DNA from: Mobula birostris
Taxonomy: Eukaryota
DNA length: 64,000 nt
Reading direction: 5' to 3'
Assembly (NCBI RefSeq): GCF_030028105.1
Contig: NC_092395.1
Coordinates: forward strand, 43,986,459 to 44,050,458
The notes under the pieces were generated by a model. It ran no database searches and was not told where the DNA came from. It saw only the letters and a program-made list of their open reading frames with translations. Every line of letters begins with the position of its first letter. Positions within the stretch are counted from its first letter, which is position 1. Position numbers and translations under genes: made by a program. Below are positions 61,280 through 64,000 of the stretch, in pieces.

Positions 61280-64000
61280 CCAGCCATCTGCCCATAACCT
61301 TTGATACTCTGTCCAATCAAGAATCCTTCAAGTTCTGCCTTAAATGCACCCAGTGACCTGGCCTCCACAGCTGTCTGCGGAAATATATTCCACAAATTCA
61401 CCACCCACAAACTAAAGATTTCTCCACATTTCTGTTGTCTTTAGACTGTTCCCTTGTGTCCTGGACACCCCATTATGGGAAACATGTTTTCCATATCTAC
61501 TCTGTCTTAATTGTTCAACATTCAAAAGGTTTGATTGAAATTCCCCCTCATTCTTCTAAATTCCAGGGAGTACAGACCTAGAACTATCCAACCTTCTATG
61601 TATGATAACTTGGAATCATCCTTGAGAACCTCATCTGAACTCTCCCCAGTGCAAGCAGATGTTTTCTTAGATGAAAAGCCCAGAACTCTTCACAATACTC
61701 AAAGTGAGGCCTTACCAGTGTTTTATAAGGCCTCAGCACCGCATCCTTCTTGAAATGAACGTTATTCTAAACCTCTCAAAATGAATGTTAACATTCCATT
61801 TGCCAACTCTACTTTCAAGATAACCTTCAGAGTATTCCGCACAAGAACTCCCAATTCACTTTACATATCAGATTTTTGGATTTTCTCACTATTTAGAAAA
61901 TGGTCTGCACATTTAATTCTTCTACCAAAGTGCCTTATCAAGAATCTTCCAACACTGTATTTCATTTGTCACTTTCTTGCCCAATCTCCTAATCTGTCTC
62001 AGTCCTTCTGCAGCCGACCTGTTTCCTCAACACTACCTGCCCTCCATCAACCTTCATATCAGCTGGGAAATTGACAATAAAGCTATTTTCCAGGAGGGGG
62101 GAGAAGATGGCGGCGCAACGGCAGCGCGCGCAGCCACTTCGGTGATGAATATCTGTTATTTGTCAAGTAGGGGACCGTGCACAATCCTGATTTGATGGAG
62201 ACAGACGTGAGAGCACAGTGGAACATCTGGAAAACTTCTGAAATGTCTGCTTTGCTACCGCTGCTACTGTGTGGTAACCAGAATCTCTGGAGCTGAAGGC
62301 CTCGAAATCCTCGGCTTTGCATGTTTCAGCGGCCGGGGGTATGTCGAAGGCGCTCGGGAGGCTGTATCGGTGAGGCTGCTCGGAAACGCGGAGTTTTTGG
62401 ACGGATGGACTCAGGGTCGGCTGGAGTCAGCTGCTTCCAAGGTATCGGCAAGCTGACGGTGCCTGGAGATGTATGGCAGGGAGTTTCTCCCTTTTGCCGC
62501 CTGCAATCGGGGACTCGGGAGTCGATCGACTCGGGACTTTCAGAACTTTTTTTTTTACTGTGCCTATGGTCTGTCCTTTGTCAAATTACGGTATTGCTTT
62601 GCACTGCTGTAATTATATGATATAATTATGTGGTTTTGTCAGTGTTAGTCTTTGGTCTGTCTTGTTCTCTGTGATATCACTCCGGAGAAACATTGTATCA
62701 TTTCTTAATGCATGTATGCATTTCTAAATGACAATAAAAGAGGACTGAGTGTTCTCATGATCTATTCCATCATCTAAATCATTGGTATACAGCATAAACA
62801 GCTGAGTTCCCAACACTAACCCTGTGGAACACCACTAGCCACTGACAGCCAATGAGAAAAAGATACAGTTATTCCCACTCTAGCTCTGTCAATAAGACAA
62901 AGCTCTAACCATGTCAGTAATTCTCATGTAATACCATGGGTGTGTAGCTTGTTAAGCAACCCCGTGTGACACCTTGTCAAAGAACTTCTGACAGTCCAAA
63001 TATACAGCATCCACTGCATCCCCTTTGTCTATCCAATTTGTGATCTTCTCAAAGAATTCCTACCAGTTTGTTAGGCAAGGTTTTACCTCAAAGAAATCAT
63101 GCTGACTTAGTCCTATCTTGTTCTGTGTAACCAAGTATTCCATAACCTCATCCTTAACAATAGACGCCAACATCTTCCCAAACACTAAGGTCAGACTAAC
63201 TGGTCTATAATTTCCTTTCTGCTGCTATCATCCTTTCTTAAAGTGCAGGGTGACATTTGTAGTTTTTTCAATCATCTGGCACCATGCCAGGGTCCAGTGA
63301 ATTTTAAAAGATCATGACTAATGCCTTCACAATCTCGACCACAACCTCTTTCAGAACCCTAGAATGCAGTTCATGATTTCTAGGAGACGTATGTACACTT
63401 AGGTCTAACAGCTTTTTAAGCACCACGTCGCTTGTAAGAGTAACTGCACTCACTGATCTTCCCTCGCACCCTTCAACAGTTGGCACAGTGAAAAGTGATG
63501 CAAAATACTGATTGAGTTCATCTGCTATCCGCTTGTCCCCCATTATTACTCCGGCCCCATTTTCTGATAGGCCTGTATCCACTTTCAACTCCCTTTTATT
63601 TTTTTTTACATACAAACGTTTGTATTTGAAAAAGATTTTACTATCCATTTTGATATTGTTTGCTTGCCTGATTTCATATTTCATCTTTCTCTCTTTTTAG
63701 TTGCTCTCTGTAGTTTTTAAAAGCCTCCCAATCCTCCGTCTTACCAGTAATTTTAGGTTGTTGTATGCCCACTCTTTTGCGCTTACATTAGCTTTGACTT
63801 CCCTTGTTTGCCATGGTTGTACCATTTTGCCATTTGAGTACTTCTGTGCTTTTGGAATACATCAATCCTTCACCTTCCTCATTCTTCCTTGAAACCCAAC
63901 CGTTGCTACTCCGCTGTCACCCTGCCAGCAGCTCCTTCCAATTTACTTCAGCCAACTCTTCTCTAATACTACTGTAACTTCCTTCACTCCACTGAAATAT
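61280..64000 (-). mobile_element. Degraded CR1 ORF2, interrupted at 62093-62759
   Basis: ADELNQYFASLFTV..HSRVLKEVVVEIV (63304-63684); RT and 3' remnants. Confidence 0.88.
62093..62759 (+). mobile_element. Unclassified non-coding ~670-bp interspersed element inserted in CR1
   Basis: CpG-rich 5' end GGAGGGGGGAGAAGATGGCGGCGC, AATAAA near the 3' end; the CR1 reading resumes on both sides. Confidence 0.55.

Overview
Vertebrate nuclear DNA from a cartilaginous fish; a batoid is likely, but that is inferred from repeat-family recall. The window is part of a cluster-type immunoglobulin light-chain (IgL) locus buried in transposon debris. Main content: (1) one apparently intact IgL gene on the minus strand, with a decamer/octamer promoter (14104-14113), leader exon (13993-13945), a V already fused in frame to J in the genomic DNA with no RSS (13841-13485), a C exon (12294-11972) and a polyA signal. 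The V and C resemble the sigma (type IV) isotype. (2) A paralogous cluster about 12 kb away (C 238-<1, joined VJ 2152-1892) that is frameshifted. (3) An orphan plus-strand C pseudo-exon (49522-49874) carrying an in-place inverted patch of C sequence. (4) A heavily decayed, apparently unrearranged V-like segment ending in a perfect RSS heptamer (about 15550-15872). Most of the rest is CR1, L1, Rex1 and L2-like LINEs, Penelope-like elements carrying minimal hammerhead ribozymes, a deleted Gypsy element, hAT and Tc1/mariner-type DNA transposon relics, a V-SINE and microsatellites, often nested with readable target-site duplications (TSDs). Most ORFs in the supplied track are TE fragments or antisense shadows. 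TE family assignments come from recognised protein motifs, not database searches, and their boundaries are approximate unless a TSD is given.
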